Positions 1-7,656 are shown, numbered from the stretch's first letter. The stretch is DNA of 13,032 nucleotides from Archangiaceae bacterium (GCA_043750125.1 JAYVCD010000045.1:1-13032); one strand, 5' to 3'. Made by a program: numbers and translations. Notes: a model not told the origin generated them from the sequence alone.

Positions 1-2
1 TG

Positions 3-2351
3 GCCCTGCGCGGGCTGGCGGACGGCACCGCGACCGAGCCGGTGCGGGTGGTGACTTTGGGGACGTCGCTGATTGCTTCGGACCACATCACCGACGTCAC
101 CCGCCGGCTGTTGCAGTCGCGCCACGGCTCGGGGGGCCTGGGCTTCATGTTCGTCGATCGACCGACCCGCAACGCCGGACGCACGGTGCGCTCGGGCTCG
201 GCGAGCAGCGGCTGGGTGATCGAGAAGGTGACGGACACCAAACCGTTGCGGGTCGCCGGGTTGGGAGGCGTGGCGTTCACAGCTCCTGGGGACAAGTCGC
301 AAGAGACGACTTTCCTCGCCGTGGGCACCCGCCGTGCGGAATTGTTCCTGCTCAGTCAGCGTGGAGGAGGCTCACTTCGCGTCTTCGCCGACGGCACCCT
401 GTTGGACGAGTTTGCGACAGAAGGTACTGACCAACCGCTGTTCCGCAGCGTGAAGGTCCCCGCCAGCGTGACCCGGCTGACGCTGAAGACGTTTGGCGGC
501 CCGGTGCGGCTGGACGGGGTGGTGCTCGAGAACGGCGCCAACGGAGTTGTTTTCGATTCGATTGGCTTGCCGGGAGCAACGGCCCAGGTGCTGCTGCGCG
601 AGGACCTGGTGTTGTTTCAGGCCCAGCTCGAGCAGCGCAAACCGAACCTGGTCGTCTTGATGATCGGCGGAAACGACGCCTTCGATCTTTCGCAGCATCG
701 CTACACCCCCGCGCGCGCGCAGGAATCGATGCAAGAGCTGATTACCCGGGTGAAGTCGGCGGTGCCGCGGGCGGCCTGCCTGCTGGCGTCTCCTCCCGAC
801 GCCGGCATCTGGCGCATGGACAAGACGATCGCCACCCGGGTGGAGACCCAGCAGATCGCTGCGATCATGAAGGAGCTCGCGAAGTCCAACGGCTGCGCCT
901 ACTACGACATGCAGGCGGCGATGGGCGGGGAAGGGTCGATCTCGCGCTGGTGGGCGGCAGGCCTGATGAACCGCGATCTCGTGCACCCCCTGGGCGCCGG
1001 GGGCGACGTAATGGGGTACCTGCTGGACTCCGCGCTGGAAGAAGCGCGTGAAAAGCATGAGGCGGCGGCCAAAGGGTCCCCTCGAGGGGGGCGGACCCCC
1101 GGTTCCCCTGGCCGCTCGGCGGGACGCATTCCCCACCTGTCCCACGCGAGTGCGCCGCCAGATGAGCCGCGCGATGCCGGCGGGCCCGAGGTGTGCGCGA
1201 CGGACGGGGTGCTGCCGGCGCCACCGTTTCTTTCCCAACCCCAGGCGTTGGTGCCCTTTTTCCAGAAGCTCAAGCAGCTGGAGGTCAACGGTTCGGGCCG
1301 GGTCGAGATCGCGCAGCTGGGCGCCTCGCACACCGCGGCCCAGTACTTCACCGACGAAATCCGCCGGTTGCTCGCAGATCGCTTCGGGTATGCGGGGCGG
1401 GGCTTCGTCGCCGCGGGCCAGCCCTCTCCACGGCTCGAGGCGGGGGGAGTGGCCCGAACGCTCTTTGGACCCTGGCGGATTACCGACGCCCTGGCGGTGA
1501 AGACCTCAGGACTGACGTGGGGGCTGACGGGCATTCGGGCCGAAGCGGCGGTCGGCTCGTCGATGGAAATGTCGTTCGATGAGCCGGGGGCGGGACCCGA
1601 TGATTTCTCGCGGGTGCAGGTCTACTACCTCGAGCAACCCGACGGAGGGACCCCCGAAGTCCGCATCGATGGAAAGGTCGTCGCGATGCCGGCTCCTTCA
1701 GTGCAGCTGCAGACGGCAGTGCGGGTGCTCGAGCTGGGGGTTCCCGGAAGCCGGCACCTGATCTCGGTGATCAACCCGGGCCCGGGGCCGCTGAGCGTGT
1801 TCGGGGTTTCTCACGAGCTGATTCGTCCGGGCATCGTCTATGACGCGCTGGGCCTTCCGGGGTCGACGGCGACCACGCTCGCGTCCTACGCGCAGCAGCC
1901 GCTGGCCCAGCAGCTCGAGGCACGCCAGGTCGACCTGTTCGTACTCTTCTACGGAACGAACGAGAGCTCGCTGTCGCCTGCGGCGATCGAAGAGATGAAG
2001 CGCAGCTACCCGAGTGTGATCGCCACCCTGCGCCTCTCTTCGCCCGATGCGGTCTGCCTGTTCCTCGGGCCGACCGACAGGATGTCGAAGAAGGGCGCCC
2101 GCCCGTGGCGGGAAGTCGAGTCGATCAACGAGGTCCAGGCGGCGCTGAAGGAAATCGCTGCGAGCAATGGGTGCGCGTTCTGGTCCACCCGCGACGTGAT
2201 GGGGGGCAAAGATTCGATCGCCGTCTGGAGAAAACAGAAGCTGGCGAACAAGGACCACGTCCACCTGACGGCCGAGGGGTACCAGAAGCTGGCCGGGATT
2301 CTCGTGGGCGACTTGATGCGGGTCTACGACGCCTGGAGTCCGCCGCCATGA
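3..2351 (+). CDS. Tandem double SGNH/GDSL hydrolase-family protein (Ape1/PatB-like O-acetylesterase or O-acetyltransferase); 5' end lies outside the window
   Basis: The frame is open from base 3 (ALRGLADGTATEPVRVVTLGTS...), so the GTG at 42 is probably internal. Two complete SGNH motif sets are present. Domain 1: LGTSLIASD, DSIGLPGA, MIGGND, RDLVHP. Domain 2: LGASHTAAQYFTDEIRRLLADRFGYAGRGFV, DALGLPGS, FYGTNES, KDHVHL. Each domain has a beta-rich insertion, and a Pro/Gly/Arg-rich linker separates them. The TGA stop (2349-2351) overlaps the next ATG. Confidence 0.88.
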   Translation, partial: ALRGLADGTATEPVRVVTLGTSLIASDHITDVTRRLLQSRHGSGGLGFMFVDRPTRNAGRTVRSGSASSGWVIEKVTDTKPLRVAGLGGVAFTAPGDKSQETTFLAVGTRRAELFLLSQRGGGSLRVFADGTLLDEFATEGTDQPLFRSVKVPASVTRLTLKTFGGPVRLDGVVLENGANGVVFDSIGLPGATAQVLLREDLVLFQAQLEQRKPNLVVLMIGGNDAFDLSQHRYTPARAQESMQELITRVKSAVPRAACLLASPPDAGIWRMDKTIATRVETQQIAAIMKELAKSNGCAYYDMQAAMGGEGSISRWWAAGLMNRDLVHPLGAGGDVMGYLLDSALEEAREKHEAAAKGSPRGGRTPGSPGRSAGRIPHLSHASAPPDEPRDAGGPEVCATDGVLPAPPFLSQPQALVPFFQKLKQLEVNGSGRVEIAQLGASHTAAQYFTDEIRRLLADRFGYAGRGFVAAGQPSPRLEAGGVARTLFGPWRITDALAVKTSGLTWGLTGIRAEAAVGSSMEMSFDEPGAGPDDFSRVQVYYLEQPDGGTPEVRIDGKVVAMPAPSVQLQTAVRVLELGVPGSRHLISVINPGPGPLSVFGVSHELIRPGIVYDALGLPGSTATTLASYAQQPLAQQLEARQVDLFVLFYGTNESSLSPAAIEEMKRSYPSVIATLRLSSPDAVCLFLGPTDRMSKKGARPWREVESINEVQAALKEIAASNGCAFWSTRDVMGGKDSIAVWRKQKLANKDHVHLTAEGYQKLAGILVGDLMRVYDAWSPPP

Positions 2352-3766
2352 TGTTCCACAGCGTTCAGTTCCTTGCGCTGGTGGCGGTGACGTTCACCGC
2401 GTTCTGGGCGGTCTCGAATTATCGCTGGCCGCGGCTGATCGTCCTCTTCATCGCGAGCATCGTCTTCTACGCCGCGTGGAATCCGGCGCCGCTGGTGATC
2501 TTCGCCGGTTACTGCGTGGTGAATTACTTCTGCGGGCACCTGCTCGAGCGAATGGAAGACGGGCCGGCGCGGAAGGCGGTTCTGATCACGGCGCTGTGCT
2601 TCCACCTCGGAATCTTGATCATCTACAAGTACCTCGATCTGTTCCTCGGATCGCTGGGCTCGCTCGCCACGGCGCTCGAGCTGAAGTGGAAGCCCGAGCC
2701 GATCGGGATGCTGCTGCCGATCGGCTTGTCCTTCGTCGCGTTCCAGGCGATTTCGTTCATCGTCGACGTCTACCGTCGGCAGACGAGCGGAAAGCGCAGC
2801 TTGTTTCACCAGCTGCTGTACCAGCTGTTCTTTCCCCAGGTGGTCGCCGGGCCGATCATCCGTGCGAAGGATCTGCTCGAGCGGCTCGATGCCAAGCCCC
2901 GGGTCACGGGCGAGCAGGGGGCGGTGGCCCTGTTCCGGATCGCCCAGGGAATCGCGAAAAAGCTGCTGATGGCCGACGTGCTTTCGGTGTCACTGGTGGA
3001 TCCGATCTTCACCAACCCCGCCGGCTACAGCGGCCTGGAGTGCGTGCTCGCGGCAGTCGCGTACACCTTTCAAATCTACTTCGACTTCTCGGGGTACTCG
3101 GACATCGCGATTGGCTGTGGGGCGCTGTTCGGCTTCAAGTTCCCCGAGAATTTCAGGAAGCCGTACCACGCGACCAACCTGTTCGATTTCTGGAACCGGT
3201 GGCACCTGACCCTCTCGACCTGGCTGCGCGACTACCTCTATCGCCCGCTGGGCGGGAACCAGGGGACGAAGTTTCAGACCCTGCGAAACCTGATGCTGGT
3301 GATGTCGCTGGGTGGCCTGTGGCACGGGGCGCACTGGAAGTTTCTTTTGTGGGGTGGGATCCACGGGGTGCTGCTGGTCCTCTGGCGAATCGTCTGGTGG
3401 CAGGTCGGAAAGCCGAAAGGAGAGGTGGGCCTGCCAAGGAAGCTCGCCGGCTGGTTGTTGATGTTCAACGCGGTGGTGTTCGCGCGCATCTTCTTCCGCG
3501 CCGACACGATGGATCTGGCGCGAACGATGTTCAGCCAGATGTTCACCCTGACGACCGACATGGCGCGGGTGTCCTCGATGGCCTGGGCTTCGTTCGCCTC
3601 GTGCGTGATCCTCTACGCGATGCCGAAGATCGTCTTCGACAAGACCCAGTGGCTGTTCAGCGAGAGCCCGATTTGGCTGCGAACCCTGGCGTTGATCGCG
3701 CTGGGGCTGACCATTCGGCAGATCGCCAGCTTCGAGTCGCAGCCGTACATCTACTTCCAGTACTGA
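2348..3766 (+). CDS. MBOAT family membrane-bound O-acyltransferase (AlgI/PatA/DltB type), 472 aa
   Basis: The ATG at 2348 overlaps the upstream stop (ATGA); the ORF-track start at 2105 lies inside the upstream gene. Multiple hydrophobic segments. Family motifs: LPIGLSFVAFQAISFIVDVYR, FFPQVVAGPIIR, QIYFDFSGYSDIAIG, NFRKPY, FWNRWHLTLSTWLRDYLYRPLGG, GLWHGA (catalytic His codon 3323-3325) and C-terminal PYIYFQY. Confidence 0.96.
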   Translation: MMFHSVQFLALVAVTFTAFWAVSNYRWPRLIVLFIASIVFYAAWNPAPLVIFAGYCVVNYFCGHLLERMEDGPARKAVLITALCFHLGILIIYKYLDLFLGSLGSLATALELKWKPEPIGMLLPIGLSFVAFQAISFIVDVYRRQTSGKRSLFHQLLYQLFFPQVVAGPIIRAKDLLERLDAKPRVTGEQGAVALFRIAQGIAKKLLMADVLSVSLVDPIFTNPAGYSGLECVLAAVAYTFQIYFDFSGYSDIAIGCGALFGFKFPENFRKPYHATNLFDFWNRWHLTLSTWLRDYLYRPLGGNQGTKFQTLRNLMLVMSLGGLWHGAHWKFLLWGGIHGVLLVLWRIVWWQVGKPKGEVGLPRKLAGWLLMFNAVVFARIFFRADTMDLARTMFSQMFTLTTDMARVSSMAWASFASCVILYAMPKIVFDKTQWLFSESPIWLRTLALIALGLTIRQIASFESQPYIYFQY

Positions 3767-3770
3767 CGGC

Positions 3771-4532
3771 TCAGGACGAACGAAGCAGTCGGCGGTAGTC
3801 GTTCAGGTGGCGCAGGGCCGCGACTTTCTCGCCCTTCTTTTCGTAGAGGCGCGAAAGGTTGAAGCAGGCGTCCACGCAGGCGGGGTCCAATCGCAAGGCC
3901 TCGGTGTAGCTGCCGATGGCTTCGTCGACCCGGCCGAGATCTTGAAGCACGACGGCGAGGTTGAAGGTCGCGGTGCAGTCGTCGGGCCGAACGACGAGCG
4001 AGGCGAGGTAGTGGGCCTCGGCCTCGCGCAGGCGTCCGCAGGTATGCAGCAGGCGTCCGAGGTTGACGTGGGCGTCGGCGTGGCCGGGGTTCTGGGCGAG
4101 TGCCTCAGTGTAGCGCTCGATCGCGTCGTCCGGGCTGTGCTCTTCGAGACCTCGGGCCAGCTTGAACAGATTTTCCGCACTCACCTGCGCCAGGGGAGCG
4201 TGCCAATGAGGGGTGGAGGCCCGCTCAAAGCCGAAGGTGCATTGCCCGTCGACCGCCAGCAGCACCGCGGTGGAGTCGGCTCCTTTCGGAAGTCGGGCCT
4301 GAAGCTCGGTGAGCGCCCCGGCGAGCTCTTCGTGGGGCAGTTGTCGGCAGGTCAGCGCTTTGGCTGCACGGAGCAAGACGAGGTCCGCGAACTCGAACCG
4401 TTCGGGCGATTGCGGGTAGACGAGCGCTGCCACTTCAGCCGCACGTGCGGCGTCCACGCCCAACAGCCTGGCCACTTCGCTCAAGGAGTACGTCGTCTTC
4501 ACAAGGTCATTCGTACCAGAGGGGGGTGACAT
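3771..4532 (-). CDS. Tetratricopeptide repeat protein with N-terminal MerR-like helix-turn-helix region
   Basis: The N-terminus YSLSEVARLLGV...RFEFADLVLLRAAKAL resembles a MerR-type HTH. The C-terminal half has about 4 TPR units (AIERYTEALAQNPGHADAHVNLGRLL; AEAHYLASLVVRPDDCTATFNLAVVL; AIGSYTEALRLDPACVDACFNLSRLY). The start could instead be the GTG at 4502. Confidence 0.88.
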   Translation of the reverse strand: MSPPSGTNDLVKTTYSLSEVARLLGVDAARAAEVAALVYPQSPERFEFADLVLLRAAKALTCRQLPHEELAGALTELQARLPKGADSTAVLLAVDGQCTFGFERASTPHWHAPLAQVSAENLFKLARGLEEHSPDDAIERYTEALAQNPGHADAHVNLGRLLHTCGRLREAEAHYLASLVVRPDDCTATFNLAVVLQDLGRVDEAIGSYTEALRLDPACVDACFNLSRLYEKKGEKVAALRHLNDYRRLLRSS

Positions 4533-4536
4533 CTTT

Positions 4537-4606
4537 GGACCTGTCCACCGGCGATGACAGCTCAGGGACTTGAGAGGGGACCTGTCGTTTGGAGATTACA
4601 GGTCTG
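4537..4606. promoter_or_regulatory. Two tandem palindromic operator-like sites, GACCTGT-N12-ACAG(C/G)TC, 41 bp apart
   Basis: Copy 1 (4537-4565) is GGACCTGTCCACCGGCGATGACAGCTCAG. Copy 2 (4578-4606) is GGACCTGTCGTTTGGAGATTACAGGTCTG. They are 21/29 identical, each is a dyad, and both lie in the intergenic region between divergent genes. Confidence 0.6.
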
Positions 4607-4687
4607 CGAAATCTCAGAGAAATTCGTATCGACATCACAACTTCACTGCTCGCCGACGGCGCGAAGATGCTCAACGTCTGCGCCCCA

Positions 4688-5459
4688 ATGAGAAAACTTC
4701 TCGTCACTGGTTGTGTCCTCGGCTGTTGCCTCGCGTTCGCGCAGAGCCAGATCCTTCAGGTCTTCAGTCAGGAGGATCTCGAGGCCCTCGAAAAACAGGA
4801 AGCCTGGCAAGAGCTGCTCACCCACCTGGGGGACATCACTCCAGCCAAATCTTCGGAACGCTGGAGCCAGCTGCTCGAGAAATCGGCGCTCGGCGTTCTG
4901 TCGACCTACAAAGGGCAGACCGAGAAGAGCTGGAGCTATGCCGATGCGGTGGTGAAGCAATACCCCCAGCTGAAGAAGAGCAAGCGCTTCATGGAAGAGC
5001 GGGCCCAGCTGGGACCGAAGGGGCTCGATGCGTGCCTCGCGTCGCTGAGCTCGATGACCTGCACCGATCGCGCGGTCAGCTACCCCGATGCAGAGCCGAC
5101 CAACGCCCAGCTCGCCTGGAGCCTGGCCCGGCTGGTGGTCTAACGCGACCCCACGAACGCGATTCGCATCTACAAGAAAGCGCTCGAGGTGAAGCACGAG
5201 CCGAAAGAATGTGGCGACGACGGGGTGAAGAAAGCGATCAATTACGCCCTCGCGCTGCCGGCCGAAGACCCTCGCGTCGCCGATGCGCGCGCCGTGGCTT
5301 CCTCGCTGTGTTGGGAGCCGCTGAAGGAATAGGTGCTCGACCGGTTCATTGACGGGGATCGCGACTTTCGAAAAAAAAATGCTTGCCCGTTTCTGCTGAG
5401 CAAACCCGGAGCGCTGTCCGCGATTTCGAAAAAGGCAGTGTGAAAGCATCGTGAAGTAG
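4688..5459 (+). pseudogene. Disrupted gene for a secreted Cys-rich alpha-helical hypothetical protein (about 256 aa if restored)
   Basis: The ATG at 4688 gives a signal peptide (MRKLLVTGCVLGCCLAFA). After TAA 5141-5143 the same frame continues with coding-like codons (RDPTNAIRIYKKALEVKHEPKECGDDGVKKAINYALALPAEDPRVADARAVASSLCWEPLKE). After TAG 5330-5332 it continues again (VLDRFIDGDRDFRKKNACPFLLSKPGALSAISK) to TGA 5441-5443. Removing one A from the run at 5429-5433 gives the ending SKRQCESIVK with TAG at 5457-5459. Confidence 0.75.
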
Positions 5460-5488
5460 TCGAGCCCCCAAACCCCCGGAGCCCGCTG

Positions 5489-5944
5489 ATGAAGCTCAAC
5501 CCTTTCGCCGTCGCCGTGATGCTCCTCGTCCCCAGCCTCGCCTTCTCGCAGTCGATCGAAGAGAAGCAGAAGCGGGCCAGCGCCGAGACGCAGATGTCGG
5601 ACTTTGCGAAGACGATGAACAAGTACTGCAAGACGGCCTTGCCCGAGACAGGGATGATCGACTGGTCGACCTGGCCTGTGGCGGAAGACGAGAAGGGCGG
5701 CGGAAACGCGTCTGTGTCCTCGCAGTGCAAGTACGTCATCTACGGAACCGAGTCGCTGTGCCGCGATGAGGCGATCGCGCAGGAGACCGTGGCCAAGGAC
5801 GTGAAGAAGTTTCTCTGTAAGGGCGACGGGAAGGACGAGATCACCTTCGAGATGAAGGGGGACACGCTGATCGTCCACACCGCGTTCGGCCTGCGGGACA
5901 CGGACAAGAAAGCCCAGAAGTGGCTGAGCAAGAACCTGCAGTAG
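5489..5944 (+). CDS. Secreted hypothetical protein, 151 aa, four Cys in the mature part
   Basis: GGAG ribosome-binding site at 5478-5481, Sec-type signal peptide MKLNPFAVAVMLLVPSLAFS, strong third-position GC bias and a Lys/Glu-rich soluble composition. Confidence 0.88.
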   Translation: MKLNPFAVAVMLLVPSLAFSQSIEEKQKRASAETQMSDFAKTMNKYCKTALPETGMIDWSTWPVAEDEKGGGNASVSSQCKYVIYGTESLCRDEAIAQETVAKDVKKFLCKGDGKDEITFEMKGDTLIVHTAFGLRDTDKKAQKWLSKNLQ

Positions 5945-5956
5945 ACGACCCTCGGC

Positions 5957-7516
5957 TCACCAGGTGTCGACGATTCGCCGGCGCCCTTCCCGCACCGGGC
6001 GCGGCGTCGAGCGCAGCCCCCGCAGCACCCACGCCCGCGTCTGGGAAGGTTCGATCACCGCGTCGATCTCGAGCAGGGACGCCATGTTGATCGCCTTCCC
6101 CCGCGCGTAGGCCTCGGCCACCATGCCGCTCAGCAGCTCTTCCCGGGCCACCGGATCTTCGATCGCCTCGAGCTGTTTCTTCATTCCCAGTCGAACCGCG
6201 CCTTCGAGGTTCATTCCGCCGAACTCGCCGGTCGGCCACGAGAGGGTGAAGAGCGGCGCATGAAAGTGGCCCCCGCTCATCGCCTGTGCGCCCAGGCCGT
6301 AGCCCCGGCGCAGCACGACGGTGAAGTAGGGGACTGAGAGGTTCGCCGCGTTGACGAACATTCGCGACGCGTGGCGAACGAGGGCGGTGGATTCCGCTGG
6401 CGGGCCGACCATGAACCCGGGCGTGTCGCAGAGCGAGAGCATCGGCAGCCCGAACGCGTCGCACAGTTGGAAGAAGCGGGAAGCCTTGTCGGCGGCGTCG
6501 GCATCGATCGCTCCGCCGAGATGAAAAGTGTCGTTGGCGATCAAGCCGAAGGGCTGGCCCTCGAGCCGAATCAGCGCGGTGACGATGCTGCGCCCGAAGC
6601 CCGACCGCAGCTCGAGCACCGAGCCCACGTCGGCCAGGGTCTCGATGATCGGTCGGATCTTGTACGCGCGGCGGCGGTTCTCGGGCAGGGCAGTCGACAG
6701 TGAAGCCTGGTCCGCGCACGTCCACCCGGTCACCGGGCCCTGAAAGTACGAGAGGTACTTCTTCGCGGCGGCCACCGCCTCGGCCTCGTCGCGCACCTGG
6801 ACGTCGATGACTCCGTTCTTCGTCTGGACCTCGACGGGGCCAATCTCTTCGGGCTTGAACTTGCCCAGGCCCCCTGCCTCGATCATCGCCGGGCCGCCCA
6901 TGCCGATGTTGCTGCCGTCGGTGGCGATGATCACATCGCAACACCCCAGCAGCGCGGCGTTTCCCGCGAAACATCGCCCCGAGACGATTCCCACCCGCGG
7001 TACCAGCCCTGAGAGCGCCGCAAAAGCGAGGAAGCTGGTCGTGTCGAGCCCTGCGACCGTCAACGCGTCGGTGTCATTGGGCCTCCCGCCTCCGCCTTCC
7101 GCAAACAGGACGACCGGCACCCGCCATTGCTGGGCGAGCCCCAGCATCCGATCGAGCTTCTGGTGGCTGGCCAGCCCCTGTGTCCCGGCGAAGACCGTGT
7201 AGTCGTAGGCGAGGACCATCGCGCGCGCGCGTTCGTCGTCGAACAGCGTGCGGTTGATGCTGCCCAGGCCACACACGATTCCGTCGGCCGGACTCGAGGC
7301 CACGAGCTCTTCGATCGATCGCGCGTGCCGTTGAGCGGCCAGCGCCAGCCCTCCGTACTCGAAAAAACTTCCTTCATCGACGAGGTCGGCGATGTTCTCA
7401 CGGGTCGTGCGCTGGCCCGTCTTGCGTCGCTTCTCGACCGCAGAAGGGCGGCCCGCATCGGTGGTCGCGTGCACCCGCTGCTGAAGCTCGACCCTGGGAT
7501 CATTCGGTCCGCTCAT
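5957..7516 (-). CDS. Acyl-CoA carboxylase carboxyltransferase subunit (AccD/PccB-like, carboxyl_trans domain), 519 aa
   Basis: Motifs GQRTTRENIADLVDEGSFFEYG, PADGIVCG, YDYTVFAGTQG, FAEGGGGRP, GRCFAGNA, IGMGGP, GGAIDADAADKASRFFQLCDAFGLPMLSLCDTPGFMVG, RRGYGLG, WPTGEFGGM, IDAVIEPSQTR. An in-frame TGA five codons upstream (7529-7531) fixes the start. Confidence 0.95.
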   Translation of the reverse strand: MSGPNDPRVELQQRVHATTDAGRPSAVEKRRKTGQRTTRENIADLVDEGSFFEYGGLALAAQRHARSIEELVASSPADGIVCGLGSINRTLFDDERARAMVLAYDYTVFAGTQGLASHQKLDRMLGLAQQWRVPVVLFAEGGGGRPNDTDALTVAGLDTTSFLAFAALSGLVPRVGIVSGRCFAGNAALLGCCDVIIATDGSNIGMGGPAMIEAGGLGKFKPEEIGPVEVQTKNGVIDVQVRDEAEAVAAAKKYLSYFQGPVTGWTCADQASLSTALPENRRRAYKIRPIIETLADVGSVLELRSGFGRSIVTALIRLEGQPFGLIANDTFHLGGAIDADAADKASRFFQLCDAFGLPMLSLCDTPGFMVGPPAESTALVRHASRMFVNAANLSVPYFTVVLRRGYGLGAQAMSGGHFHAPLFTLSWPTGEFGGMNLEGAVRLGMKKQLEAIEDPVAREELLSGMVAEAYARGKAINMASLLEIDAVIEPSQTRAWVLRGLRSTPRPVREGRRRIVDTW

Positions 7517-7640
7517 GACGGGTTCATTTCATTGCCCGCCGACCCCGTCTAGCGAGCTGGAATTTCGAATCTGAAAAGCGCTCTCGCCCCGGTTGAGACG
7601 CATTTGCGCTTCGTCGCCGGCCCCGTCCCCTGTGAGGTCT

Positions 7641-7656
7641 CGGCTTCCCCGTTGCA
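7641..7656 (+). promoter_or_regulatory. Candidate sigma54 (-24/-12) promoter for the hybrid kinase gene
   Basis: CGGCTTCCCCGTTGCA has GG (7642-7643), exactly 10 nt, then GC (7654-7655). The -12 element is a perfect TTGCA, while the -24 element matches only partly (CGGCTT vs TGGCAC). It lies about 40 bp upstream of ATG 7695. Confidence 0.45.

Noticed and set aside
2105..2347. N-terminal extension of the MBOAT ORF
   Set aside because: It lies within the SGNH gene. The ATG at 2348, with its ATGA overlap, gives a typical MBOAT N-terminus (MMFHSVQF).
4538..4604. LexA SOS box interpretation of the CTGT...ACAG dyads
   Set aside because: The spacer is 12 nt, whereas the proteobacterial SOS box is CTGT-N8-ACAG.
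4537..4606. CRISPR-like mini-array
   Set aside because: There are only two imperfect copies separated by 12 nt, which is too short for a spacer, and no cas genes are present.
4657..4671. Sigma54-like sequence CGGCGCGAAGATGCT upstream of the pseudogene
   Set aside because: The GG-to-GC spacing is 9 nt rather than the required 10. It could be a decayed promoter, but this cannot be supported.
5141..5332. Stop-codon reassignment or pyrrolysine/selenocysteine recoding in the interrupted gene
   Set aside because: Two different stops (TAA and TAG) plus a likely frameshift are involved. TAG ends intact neighbouring genes, and other genes in the window have no internal stops.
5433..5448. GG-N10-GC match AGGCAGTGTGAAAGCA upstream of the 5489 gene
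   Set aside because: Only the core dinucleotides and part of the -24 element match, the -12 TT is missing, and the site lies in probable coding remnant.
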